Below are positions 51,077 through 64,000 of a DNA stretch of 64,000 nucleotides, in pieces (within the stretch, counting starts at the first letter, position 1; each line of letters begins with the position of its first letter). The translations under genes were made by a program, and so were the position numbers. Origin of the DNA: Paraspadella gotoi (lineage: Eukaryota > Animalia > Chaetognatha); assembly GCA_051294375.1 (NCBI GenBank), contig CM119270.1:20482417-20546416 (forward strand), in the 5' to 3' direction. Under the pieces are notes generated by a model, which was not told the DNA's origin, searched no databases, and saw nothing but the letters and a program-made list of their open reading frames with translations.

Positions 51077-54000
51077 CTTTCATCAATTCCTTCCATTTTG
51101 TCCAGATTTTTCCCCGATTCTTATCAAGATTCGTATTTCTCTCTCTTTAACCTTTCGGGCAAAAGAATCGAAATATTTTTTTCAGTTGCTCGCGATTTCG
51201 TCAATGAAACTAAAGTCGATTTTTTTATCGATTAACTATTTATTATTCTGTCAATTTTTATTGCAAAAATGCAACAATCACAATCTTTTAGGTCATAAGA
51301 GTAAATGGGGTGGATGGTCACGATAATAATGAAAATATTAATGATGGTAATATTCTTAACTCTTGGTCACCACAATCTTTTAAATTTGTCATATTTAAAC
51401 AAAAAATAAACTGAAATAAACATAATGCGAGATTACTGCGAATAGCCTCTCCATTACTTATTACTCTCATTACTTCTTTAGATTAAACGATTTTTTAAAA
51501 AAAAATTGTTTAATATTTTTTTTCTTTTAATCATATTTTTATTTCTTTTTTTTATCTTCTCTGCGGCCGACGAACTCAGACTTTCGTCGTCGTCGTCGTC
51601 TTCGTCGTCGTCGTCGCTAAAAAAACTCATTTGAATTTTCTCTTATGACTTTTTTCTTTCTCACTCGTCGTCAGTCTCACTTCTCCTCCTCCTCCTCCTC
51701 CTCATTTTTTTACTTCACCTTTTTTCTTCCGATTGTATTCTTCATTTCTTTTTTATACTTTTTCCTCTTTATTCTTATATTTTAATTTTATTTAATTTCT
51801 AATTTTGTTTCTTCTTTTTTATTTATTTTTGTATATAAGTTTTGTATTGTAAATTTTTATTTAACGATTTTTAAATCTTTTTTATTTTCATTTATTTCTT
51901 CGTTCTTTTCTTTTTGTCTCTTCCTTCTTTTCTTTTTATATTTTAATTCTTCTCTTCTTCTCTTCTTTCCTCCTTTTCGGTTTTCCTTTCCTTTTTTCTC
52001 CTTTTATTCTTTCCTCCTTTTCTTTTTTATTTTCCTTTTTCCTCCTTTTCTTCTTTCCTTTTTTTCCTCCATCACTCTTTTCTTTTTTCCTCCTTTCCTT
52101 TTTTCTCCTTTTCTTCTTTCCTCCTTTNNNNNNNNNNTTCCTAATTTTGTTTATTTTTTTTTACGTAATTCTTTGGATTCTTTTGTATCTCTTTTTGTAT
52201 GAAATTGGTACAACCTATATAAAAATTACAAGAAAATACAAGAAAATAAGAAAAATGTTTAAAAATCGTAAATTAAAAATTTATAATACAAAACTTATAT
52301 AATATGTATATATAATTCATATTTAATTTACGATTTTTATTTTTTTTTCTTATTTTCTTTGATTTCTTCGTCCTTTTCTTTTTGTCTTTTCCTTCTTTTC
52401 TTTTTATATTTGATTTCTTTTCTTTTTATATCCTTTTTTTTTCCTTTCCTTCTTCTTCCTTCTTCTCTTCTTTTCTCCTTTCCTTCTCTTCTTTCCTCCG
52501 CCTTTTATTACTCTTCCTCCTCTCAGTTCATCTCAGGTTTCTCCTTCGAAATCGAAATCGATTCTCTTGTGTCTCATTCTCTCTCTCTCTCTCTCTCTCT
52601 CAGAGAGAAGATCATTAGAAGAATGAAAAAAGAGATAAACAAAAGAAAAAAAGGAAAAAAAAAAGACTATTCGGATTGAACATTTGTAGATCTATCACCT
52701 TTAGCCTCTGTTTCAGAGCCTAATCTTGCATATTAATTATTATTTAGCATTATATGACGTGTCTCTCGGTAAGTGTGTCATCTGTCGTCGAGATACAGCG
52801 TCTTACGAGAGAGGTCATCGTTCCAGAGCGACAGATAAGAGAGAAGACATAACAACATTCACATTTAGGTGATATCTTTCTCGCGACCAACGTAAGCGAC
52901 CTGACTCTGAGACTGATTGCGATCGTTCAGTGGATCTGTATCTTGATCTCGCATTCGACCTGGATCGAGTTGATGTCGATTAACTTCGCCCTCGAACATC
53001 ATTTTTTTTTAACCTGTGTCACCTTGTTAACATCTTGCGCCGAGCCGGGAAAGAGGGTACATAACATCTTGCAATCGTAATAAGTTTCTTTAAATGTACT
53101 TACACTTACTCTGGCCATCTTCTTTCATGTATGGAGATGAAATTAATTTTCTAATTTCAGAGGTTTCTAAATTTTGGATTCTGAATTCTTTCAGTTGTTT
53201 AACTTATAATTTCTGTCATGGAGGTCAATTGAATTTCAGATTATTTTCGATTACTTCGGGGAAAGAATTTGTTATTTAACATGATTTTATAAGATCTTTT
53301 TTATTATCAACTATGTTAATTAGATTCCCTACTGACGTCAAACTATGATATCGATGATGTTGAGTCACGATGAGACTTGAGAGCAGACTTCTAAGCAGAG
53401 TCCTGTTTATATAATTGATTAAATTCTTGAGAAGAGATGACTGATCTCGACTGCTTATTGCACGCATCCTGAGATCGGTTTCGTCCTTAGAGGAGAAGAG
53501 GAGGCCTATTTTTACGGTTCTCTTATTGGATATCTGAGTATGAAACGATCACGATAGAGTGTATGACTTTTTGGTTATTTTCCTCTTTATCCTCCTGGTC
53601 TCTTCTTTTACCCGTTTGTCAATTTGTCAGCTGGCAAGACTAGTAGCTCAAGCGTTAACATTAATCGAGGTTGGATGAGGCAATAACGCACGTACTTATC
53701 TTCACTCTTTCTTTTTTTCGCTCCCTTTCCTTTTTCAATAACGCTTGCATTGACATATTATCCGTCCTCCGCGGAAGTATTTTAACGCTTTTCCTACTTA
53801 GCTTCTTCATTTCGCTTTTCTTACACATCATATCGGTGAAGATTTTCCTTCTTCATCTTTTTTTTCGCTTATTCTTATCTGTCGCTCCGTTTTCCTTTCT
53901 CTCCCTTTCGCGGTTTCTTCCTGTTTTTTCTTCTTTCCTCCTTTCCTCTCTTCTTTCCTCCGACTTTTATTATACTCTTCTCCCTCGAGTTGTCATTCTC

Positions 54001-55937
54001 AGGTTTCTCTTCGAAAATCCAAATTTCGGAGTGCTGCTTGGTTCACTCTCTCTCTCTCTCGTCTCCGTCTCTTCTCTCTCTCCCTCTCCTCTCTCCTGCT
54101 CTCTCTCTCTCTCCTCTCTTCTCTCTCGTCTCTCCTCTCTCTACCCTATGCTCTCTCTCTCATCTCTCTCTCTCTCGGGACCTCTGNNNNNNNNNNNNNN
54201 NNNNNNNNNNNTCTCTTCCTTGTCCATTCATCTCCTTCTGTCGATTTTCATTTAATGATCGCTCACAAAATATATCCACTCCATTCTAGTCAGTATTTAA
54301 ATATAGTCACATTGATTATGGCTTACAATAGATACTGTTTTTAAAAATATCTTTATTTAAAACTACTAATATATTTTTGTAAATTTTCTAATGTGTTTTC
54401 ATTTCATTTTTTTTCCCTTTTTTCATTTTTTTCGTTTATTCAGCCTTAATCAACGCGTTGATTTTGATTTGATTTTATTTTTAGGGTCTATCTCTCCCTC
54501 TCTCTCCCTTTGACTCACACTCGCTCTCACTCTATCTCTTTCTTTCTCTCCCTCTCTTTTTTATCTCTCTTTTCTGTGATTCTGTTCTCTTTTTATCTCT
54601 GAACGAATATAAGGTTTCTACTGTTGCCTTTGACTTTCATGAATAATTCATGAAAATCTTGATGAAAAAATAAACGCGACGCGAGATTTTCTCTTAACGA
54701 AAATAAAATATCTTGTCCCTTCTCTTTTCTCCCCTTAACGGATATTTCATGACTCTGTNNNNNNNNNNNNNNNNNNNNNNNNNAAAAGCAACATAAACAA
54801 ACAAAAAGATAAACAAACTGAAATCAAAACAAAAATAATGCCCGAGCGAGCAAAGTGTTTTCTATTTTTTTCTCGAATATACGTTCGCAATTAGTCGCAA
54901 AGCTTGCAAAGCTTGCGAAAGCTCCAACCTTTGTTTCCTATGTCTCAGTAACTTGCATACTTTGATTTTTCTTGTTACTCGCCATATTCCAATTAAGAGC
55001 TCGGAAGAACGTTTCTGTCGTTCCGACTCGGATCACTACTCATTGGGTCAATATACGAATGTCGCGAGATCATCTTGGTGGTGGAATAGAGATGAGCGAC
55101 GGGTGACAACGTACGTAGGTAAACAATATGTATGCGACATAATGAAAATAAATGCAGCTGAATGATAAGATGATTCGATCCCGTCTATAATTCTGGATAT
55201 CCTGGAAATACTAATTTACCTTTTTTTTACAAGTAAAAGTGTACGGGCAGGCACGGAGTGGTATACAGTAAGTGGGTTGTTCATGACACCGATAATAAGA
55301 CGGGGCAGAGGCAATGCAGAGCAATGCAATTATAAAATTCTTTTAAATAGACCAGCGGAAGCATAAGGAGAGCAGATCGTATCTATAAAGATATATTTCA
55401 CGCGAAATGCGCCAAAAAAATATTGAAATTCGAGAGAAAGAAAGACAAACAAATTTTCTGGATGACGAGAAAGGCTGGCCATTTACATTTTTGTAGTTAA
55501 GAGTTGCAGAAGAATCTAGCGCGTTACAGTACCAGGACTGAATAACTCAGTATCTATTCCTTGAACGAACATGACGAAGTGTTATTAATCCGGTTTTTTA
55601 GAGTTGAAGATCTGTATCCCTCGGGAGAGAGAGATGAATGGGCTTTAGTTCGGAATCGGAGGTCGCGCAGAGAGAGAGAGGATAGAGAGAGAGACAATGG
55701 TAGAAAGAGGAATGATGAAGCATGATAAAGATAGAGAAAAATTTAACTAAAAACCAGAATAAGAATTATCAAAAAGAATAACTCCTTGGCAATCCTCCTC
55801 TCTTTCTTCTCCTCTTTCTTCTTCTCTCATCTCTCTCTCTCCTCTCTCATCTCTCCCTCTCTCCGCTCTCTCTCTCTTTCCTCTCTCTCTCATCTCTCCT
55901 TCTCTCGCTCTCTCTCTCTCTCTCCTCTCTCTCTCTC

Positions 55938-55968
<31 letters not shown>

Positions 55969-57139
55969 CTCTCTCTCAAAATATATTAATGCCCATTTTC
56001 CGTTTGATGCCAGGATTCGCAATCGTCCGACGCAATTATCGTGAAATTAGTAACCCTCGGACAGAAATAACCGGAAAGAGCATTGCAGTCTTTGCAACGA
56101 GAGAGAGAGAGACGAACCCGAGAGAGAGAGAGATGAGAGAGAGAGAAGGAGGAGATCGGGAGATGACAGCTCCGATGAGAGGAAAGGACTGACGACGACG
56201 TGAGAGAGAGAAGAGACAGAGAGAGAGGACGAGAGAGACGACCTCCCGAGACGAGTGGAGAGCCAAGTGACGAGGACGGACGAGACACAGGAGCCACGAG
56301 CGAGGCTACCACCTACGCTGCCGCTCCCTCGTGCCCATAACCCAGCCTCAGAACGGCATCCTTTCACTCACATCCATGCTTCCCATCCCATCACACAGCA
56401 AGGCACAGAAGCAGCATCTGAGAGAGAACACAGAGAGGCCCCCTACGCCGCTGCCGCGCCTCGCGGGGCGTCTGCCGGCGCGTGACCCACGCGCCGTCCC
56501 GCCTCACTTGGATCGAGAAGGAGAGACAACCTTCCGCGTCTGAGGGTGAGAGTCCTGCGAGAGAGAGATAGAGCCGCGTCAAACCGGACACGCATCGAGA
56601 GAACGAGTGGGAGTCGCGCGAGAGAGAAGAAGACACTGAGACCAGAGACTGGAGACCAGAGAGGAGAGGAGAGAGACCAGACCACGACCTATTTTCTTTT
56701 TCACTTTCTCACGACAGGAACAGGAAAAGGAACTTCAACTTACATTTTTTTTACATTTCAAATTTGTTTTACCATTTTTTTAAAATCTGAGATATTAACT
56801 GTGAAATATAGTGATCAATGTAAATTCAGACAGTGATCTTTAATAAATGTCCTGTAGCAGTAGTATTTCGATTTATTTTAAAATTCCACTTTTTAAAAGT
56901 TTCTTTTTAATGTCTACAACAATTTTCAAAGGGATTAGTTTCAACGAACTTTCACGAACCCCTTCCCTCCCCGCCTAAAATTCACTTTTCAAAAAAACGT
57001 TTCCCGCCATCAAAATTCAGGGATTCCTCACAAGCAACTTCTTCCTCATCTTCTTCACCCCATTTTTGGAATCCCTCTTCTTCCTCGGAAATCCCTTCCC
57101 AATTCTTCCTTCTTAAGACTTCTTGACTTTTCGTGTCCC

Positions 57140-57420
57140 GATGCCTCAAAGGTAAATGCCCTTTTCTCATACTTTATACTGCTTAATGCCCTGGGGGTAA
57201 ATACCTTTTCTTAATACTTTTCAGAACCTAAATACTCTTTCCTAATACTTTTCAGAGCTTAATGCCCAGCGGGTAGATGCCCCCTTCCTTTTACATTTCA
57301 CAGCCTTATGCCTTGCGGTAAATGCCCTTTTCTCATACTTTATAGAGCTAATGCCCTGCGCTAAATATCCTTTCCTACTACTTTTCAGGCTCTAATTCTC
57401 TGCGCCTCATGCCCCTTTTT
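57140..57420. repeat. Degenerate minisatellite (about 45-bp unit)
   Basis: aatgccc..ggtaaatgcccttttctcatacttt recurs about 6 times. Confidence 0.75.
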
Positions 57421-57617
57421 AATTATTCTCTCCCACATACTTTTTCCTCCGGTTTAAACCTCTTGTTACTTTCATTCCCTCGAAATTCTTCATCCAAAAA
57501 CCTTTTTAAATATTTTCGATGCAAATATTAATATTTTTCGTTGGTCGGTTGATCCAAATATATTCTTATACGTTGTTACTTATGTGATAGTCCTTTCTTT
57601 TTGTTGTGTTAACTATT

Positions 57618-57771
57618 AGGAACAGAGCTTAGATTTTTGCAACAACAATTTATTTTGATTTGTAACGAACATGTTGCACTTTGGCGCTGATGAAAGTTCA
57701 AATTTAGAGCCGAAACATGTTCCTTTCAAATCAAAACAAATTGTTGTTGCAAAAATTTAAACTCTGTTTCT
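57618..57771 (+). ncRNA. Degenerate hammerhead ribozyme motif within a long hairpin (Penelope/retrozyme-like)
   Basis: CTGATGA (57687-93), a short stem II (agttc/gagcc), then GAAACATGTTC (57712-22) pairing with GAACATGT (57667-74). Flanking inverted arms are 57 bp with about 6 mismatches. Confidence 0.6.
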
Positions 57772-58130
57772 TACGTTGTTACTTATATCTCAATGTGCAA
57801 TGCTCATGTAACACATGGCACATAAATGTTATACCATAAAACACTGTATTCTAATCATTTCTTCACCTCTCTTTTTTAACCATAAATATTATCCAGCGCA
57901 ACACCATGGAATCCTTATTACTCTCTCCTCGCAACTCCCCAGTTAATTTTCCCATCTGTCAAATCTTCGCTTTCCCCCCTCCTCTTCCTTCCCCCCCCTA
58001 AACGGGCTTAAGTTTTCACTTCCCTCTTTCTCTCTCTTTACCCCCGCGACATCCGCCTCCATTTCTAAGAAATGTCTTTCCTTTTTCTGAGAAAAGCCTT
58101 TCCCATTTTTTCCTCTTTCCACCTCAAACC

Positions 58131-58263
<133 letters not shown>

Positions 58264-59120
58264 GGAGTCGTGCCCTTGCATAATCCCTTTCCCCTCAAGG
58301 TCGCGCCACGAAAGGTCGCACAATCTCCGAGACAGAAGATTTCGTCTTCACTCATCGTCGTCACACGTTGCAGTATGATGACTTTGGGGGGAGGAAGCGT
58401 GCCAGGTATGAAAAGTGTGGGTCTAATGTTTCAAAAGAAAACGAGGTTTCTCGCCGTCTTACTATTTAATGGTCGTCATTTTTTAAGGCGGTCTCAATAT
58501 TTGTCTATTTGCCTTTCTCTCTCTATTTATTTGAGTCTGTCTCTGTCCCTGTCTTTCTATTTACTATCTATTACAAATTTAAAAAAAAAAATATATACAG
58601 CATTTCCTGTTCAACAGTTCCTGGCTGCCGCTAATTTTCTTTTTCTTTCTTTTTCTTAAATTATCGCTTTGCTCTCTTTTCATCTTCTCTCCTATTTCAC
58701 TTACTCTACCTCTTCCTCCTCCTCTTTCTCCTCCTCTTTCTCCTCCTCCTCTTCCTCCACCTTCCTTTTCTTCCAGATCTTCTCCTCAGGCATCTACTGG
58801 TCTAAGCCTGCTCATTCCAACTGTTTCTGTCTTAAATCTCTCTCTCTCTCTCTCTCTCTCAAGGAGAGAGCCCGATCAGTCTTCTGTCTAAATTCTCTCT
58901 CTCTCTCTCTCTCATCTCCTCTCTCTCTCTCTTCTCTCTCTCTCTGTTTCTTCTCTCTCTCTTTCTCCCGCCTCTCTCTCTCCTCTCCTCTGCCTCTCCA
59001 TCACTCTCTCTCTCCCTNNNNNNNNNNNNNNNNNNNNNNNNNCCCCTCTCCCCACGTCGTTCGGACCTAATGTCGCGGGAGAAAAAACGCGCGAAAGATC
59101 GTAACATAAAATCGGAGCTG

Positions 59121-59452
59121 ACGATGCCGTCCGTGGGAATGGCAAGATGGCAAAAAGAGACGCTGGCGTTGGTGGCAATGAGAGTAGTTAATGCCGTCAC
59201 TGGGAATGGCAAGATGGCAAAGAGAGACGCTGGCGTTAGTGGCAATGAAAGAAGTTAATGCCGTCAGTGGGAATGGCAAGATGGCAGAAAGAGACAATGG
59301 CGTTGGAGGCAATGAAAGGAGTTAATGCCGTCAGTGGAAATGGCAAGATGGCACAGAGAGACGCTTGCGTTGTTGGCAATGAAAGAACTTAATGCCGTCA
59401 GTGGGAATGGCAAAATGGCAGAGAGAGACGCTGGCGTTGGTGGCAATGAGAG
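59121..59452. repeat. Minisatellite, 67-bp unit, 5 copies
   Basis: atgccgtc occurs at 59124, 59191, 59258, 59325 and 59392. Confidence 0.92.
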
Positions 59453-62400
59453 GGACTGACGAAAAAAGTCGGCGTTGGTAACGACAAAGGATTAGAAAAT
59501 ATCAATGAGAAAATCTAGATGACAGAAAAATAGAACTCGTCTTTTAAAAAGACTTGAAAAATATAAATCTTGTTAAAAATTACTTAACTAAATTGTAAGG
59601 AATAGAAACTTTTTCATGAAAGAAAAGACTATATGAAATTTAGGCTCAATATAGATGAAAGTAATTTTGAATATAAATAAAATAAAATTGAGTATAATTT
59701 AGGATTTCTAAATTCATAACTTGGCTTTGGAAAGAAAAGGTTTTACTGTAATATTCATCGGGTNNNNNNNNNNNNNNNNNNNNNNNNNCTCCTTTTGTTA
59801 CCCTGCTTACTCTCCTCATCCCCATCAGGTTTGTGTCCACTTTCATCCCTCTCCTACTCACCCCATCTATCTGTCCTCACATCTTCCCTCATCCCCCACC
59901 CACCTCGTCCTTCACGACATCTTCGTCTACATCTTCATCTACTTTTTTTATGTTTCACGAATGGTTAATACACCATTGTCGTAACAACCCTACTACGGGA
60001 TGGTCACGCTTCCTTGCCTCTCAAGTTTTTCCTCATAATTTCACCTTTAATTCTGTTTAAGGAAGAATGGAATCAAGTGGGGGCGGTGTTACTGATCCAT
60101 GCCTGGACTCACACCTTGCTCATTCACACTTTCATTCTATCCCATTCTCTTTTCCGCTTTCTTTTTACTCATCTGACTTCCCTGACAGTGCACCCTCCTT
60201 TCGATTCACCGAATCAATAATGCGGGAAAAAAAAATTTCGTCGCGAAAGATTGACGAAGCAGATAAAGATTAGGAAGAATATTCTTAACGAAAAGAATAG
60301 AGAAGGGAAGTTGAAAGAAAATAAAAGAAAATATTAATAAACAAACTAAGCTAAATTTAAATATTTAAAAAAGAATTGAATGAAGTAAAAAAAGTAAGTT
60401 AAGTTAGTTCATTTTTGTGGTTTGATGCATTGGCATTCTCCGATTAATAATAACACACAGTGTAAAATCTGATTCCGATTGGTCTTATGGGATCTGAAGA
60501 AGTTTCCGTCGACCATAGATTCGAATAAAACTTATGAAGGATAAAACGGGAATATTGTCGCGTCCTCGGGCCTTATCTTCCCCACTCCCTCCCCACCGCC
60601 CACAAAGTCGCCACACCACAATCCACAGCTCAGTTCTTTTTCCTCAACACCTAACCACAGTTCCGACACGAAAACGTTTATTATCCTTCGCAACAATCCG
60701 GCAAAATTAAAAATCATCGCAGAAGAATTTGCCACATTAATATAACTCTCTCTTCTCTCTTGTCTTCTCTCCTCTCTCTTCTCATCTCTCCGATCATGTC
60801 TCCGGGATGAGTCCATGGCTCGATCTCTTTCTCTCATATCCTATCGGTCTTTTAAACGAAGAGAGGAAAAGAGTGTCAACGACGTGAGACGAAAACTGAG
60901 AACACAAAAATAGGACTGAATATTGAGGTCAAAATAGTAAAATCGAATTTCGAAAAAAAAAAGTTTAAGAATCAAATGTGATACGTTTGTTCGTTGAATT
61001 TTTGTTGAACTCACAGAATAATATTATGTACACATTTTCAACAATTTAAAATTGATTTTTTTTCTTCGAGAATCCTAAAAATTTTAATATCGAAATTGAA
61101 TGATTGATATTTTAAAGCAGGGAGATGGCCTAAATAGATTTACAACCGATTTATTGTTTTTTTTTAAATCAACATCGTTATATCAAAGCTTTGCAATACA
61201 TTTTAAGCTTTTAAATATAAAAGGCAAAAGAAAACTCACGTACGACAAAGATGACGAAAAGACGACGACGACGAACAACAACGCTTGACACGACGCCGAA
61301 ATTTGTTTCAAGACAAGAAATTATGATAAATCGCGATGGAAATAATCTTTTCACTTTTTCGTTCATGAAAAGATCGTTTCTTGTCTTTTTTATATTTAGC
61401 TTTACAGATGTATCCTCTCTTTCTCCTCTCTGTTCTCTCATCATTCGTCTCTTCTAATCTACTCTACTGCGTCTCCTCCTCTCTCTCTCAATCTCTCTTC
61501 GGTCTCGTCTAGTTTCTTTCTCTCAAAAAGGAGGATTTTACTGGAAGGAATAATTATTAATATCAATTTATACGGAAGGAGCATTAGTTTTTTTAATTCG
61601 TTTTTTTTATTCATATGAATCGTTAAAGTGAAAGTATTGGCATCATAATGATTTCCTCTATTTTATATCATCCTTCAACTATCTTTTTCCTATTTTTTAA
61701 GGTAAGTCAATCGATTAATCAGTTCTTAACAAACCAAGTTGAGGTTAAGTCTGTTGAAAGGTTCTCGATTTAGTTCATATTTGACTAAAACCAAAATACT
61801 AAAACGAAATCACACTCAGCAAACAAAAAAACTAAAAAAAAAATAAATAATAAATAAAATGAAAACCTTCGGAAATTATTCTTCGTCAGAGAAAAAAGTT
61901 GGGAATATTTGGAAAAATGATTTCGTTGATCCTCAAAGAATCCAGTTTGGTCAGAGATTAAATTATCGATTCTGAGTCGTGCGAGAAAACATAATACCCA
62001 GTTTGCGGCTGAGACGAGCCGATTTGTGGGAACGGAGGATTTTGTGGGGGAAAAGGAGCCGATTTGTGGGCAAGAATTCTGGAAGGAATTTGTGGAGGGA
62101 TGTGGGGAAAAGCTGCGATTGTGTTGGCAAGGTTTGTGGGGAAGGGCGCCGATGTGGGCAAGGCGGGCGAAAAATGCATTAGTCTGGAAATAACTGGTTA
62201 GGTTGGCAAAACTATAGCTTCAGTTTCAGTTAAAAATCGAATTACTACTATGAATAAGTCTACCGAAAATTCACTAGCGATTACGAGCAGGAAGTACATG
62301 CTCACCATTTCATCAATGGGATTCAAATGGAATTTCAATAATAATATTTCAGTCAAATGAATCCACCATTGATTATATAGATGCATTCATTACGCGTTTC

Positions 62401-64000
62401 AAATGATACGATCGAACATGCAGGTATTAATTAATGATTTCATCACCAACGTTATTAAAATGATGAAATTCCACTATGGCACCATCATTCCCCAACGGAT
62501 GCCAAAGATGCAATTCCATATAATAAGCAAATTCACACGCAGCTCATTCCATCAGACCATAACTCCGCTTTTTCCTCCAAGCGAACACGTCTGGATCCCA
62601 CGATTTGATGGAATGGACGTGCACAGCGCGAATTCCAGAGCAGTCGGGGGGGGAGAAGGACGGCATGAATATTAAGCCAGATCGAGCCGGAATGGACGCG
62701 CCAGGGTGGTGTGGTGGGGAATCCGTGTGCATTGTCAATGGCAATTATGAAGAGCGGCGGGTGTGTTGCTCGCCATTTTATGCGTGGGTTTTCTTTAGAT
62801 TTGGTGGAATTTTGTTAAATGTTTTCACGCCATAATATAAAGTATGTTGTGATACATAGATATTCGTACTAATGCGAAAGATTTAACGTATTGACGTGGT
62901 AGTTGGTAAACTGAACTCTTGTAAGCCGCGAGCGTCTTTCGGAGATGTAAAAGATTGTCAAATCAATTCCAGTTTTACATTTCCCGTGCGCGCGTGTAAT
63001 ACAGATTCTACGATTCTACAATATAATGCGTTTATTTCGAAATCAGAACACATAGGTTGTTTCGTTACAGCATATAGACATTCAAGCAAGACTATAAAAA
63101 AACAAAAAAACAACAATAATAATAATTAATAGTAGAGGAAAGAAACTATTATTGAGTGAAGTGTTTTTTTCAATATCTCGGGTTTCAATATTCGCTTTTC
63201 TTGAACCATTGCACTTCGGATCCGCAGAATCTCCCTTTTCCGGTTTTCCTACCTCCTCATCCCTTTCGTTCTTACTCTTCCTCTTTCCTTCTCCAGATAG
63301 GAAGATGACTGTTTCTTATAGCTCTCAAGTACCTCCCTATATTGCGCCTCGTACCCCTCTTCACGTGTTTCTCGACATCACTATAGCACTCCCCTCTGGC
63401 CTCTCCTGTATCCCCTACTCCGTCTCCTCGCTCTTACTCCCCTCTTCTTCCCTTCTCCTCGCCTCTCGCTCCCCTCTTCATGGCCGCGGCCCAACAACAA
63501 AGCGGATATGTGCAGAGATGATAGATAGATATGTAGACGAAGGTAGAATGCGGAAGGAAGGGAGGGGGGAGGGAGAGAGAGAGAGAAAGAAAGGGAGGGG
63601 GGCGGAGGGAAGGAAAATGAATTTGGGTGGCGGGCGTGAGAGGGGCAGGGGGGGGATGCGAACAAAAGCGGCCGCGTAACCAAAAGTGAAATGTTGAAGG
63701 GCGCGAGTTTAGAGAGTCGCCTTTGGCGAAAGGATATTTTTGAAAAAATTGAGGAGGGAGGAAGGGAAAGAAGGGAAGAGGGAGAGAGGGAGAGAGAGAG
63801 AGGAGAAGAGAAGGTGAGAGAGAAAGAGCGAGTGAGACTGCCGTAAAAGGAAAAAGTAATCAACCGGATATGTCATTAAAAATCTGTCATCCCTTCATCA
63901 CGACTCTAATATTACCTTTTCATCTTAAGAACTATTTTTTTTAAAAATCTGAATCTTTTTAATTTTTTTTTTTTGCATGACGAAAATTAGAAAAAACTCA

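Noticed and set aside
52680-56700. Coding or mobile-element content
   Set aside because: No recognisable protein was found. The region contains a noisy repeat of 52520-52600 at about 53990-54060 and several 25-N gaps, indicating low-quality sequence.
62180-63130. Short ORFs in higher-complexity sequence
   Set aside because: No recognisable domain or consistent splice structure. It cannot be called without a search.

Overview
This is repeat-rich genomic DNA from an invertebrate animal, taken from a draft scaffold with many N gaps. It holds two intron-rich genes in head-to-head orientation. On the minus strand, three exons (8265 to 1161) encode the PTB domain of a Disabled (Dab) adaptor, and the gene continues past the left edge. 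On the plus strand, about 20 exons (about 22.7-47.4 kb) encode a Dispatched-family RND/sterol-sensing Hedgehog-release protein, with intact GxxxDD and GxxxD motifs and an Asp-rich C-terminal tail. Most ORFs in the supplied track are microsatellite noise. Non-coding features include a solo-LTR-like element joined to a 35-nt complement of a mature tRNA-Leu 3' end just upstream of Dispatched, and a degenerate hammerhead-ribozyme motif inside a 57-bp hairpin. There are also a tRNA-derived SINE family, HINE/DINE-1-like and MITE-like elements, and many minisatellites. Several kb-scale inverted duplications have an indel-rich arm and lie next to gaps of exactly 25 N, so they are most likely long-read gap-filling artefacts. 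I found no convincingly new multi-gene system. The best leads are the LTR-tRNA junction, the hammerhead hairpin, a possible GG-AG intron and a duplicated exon end with mostly synonymous changes. All homology calls come from remembered sequences, not from searches.
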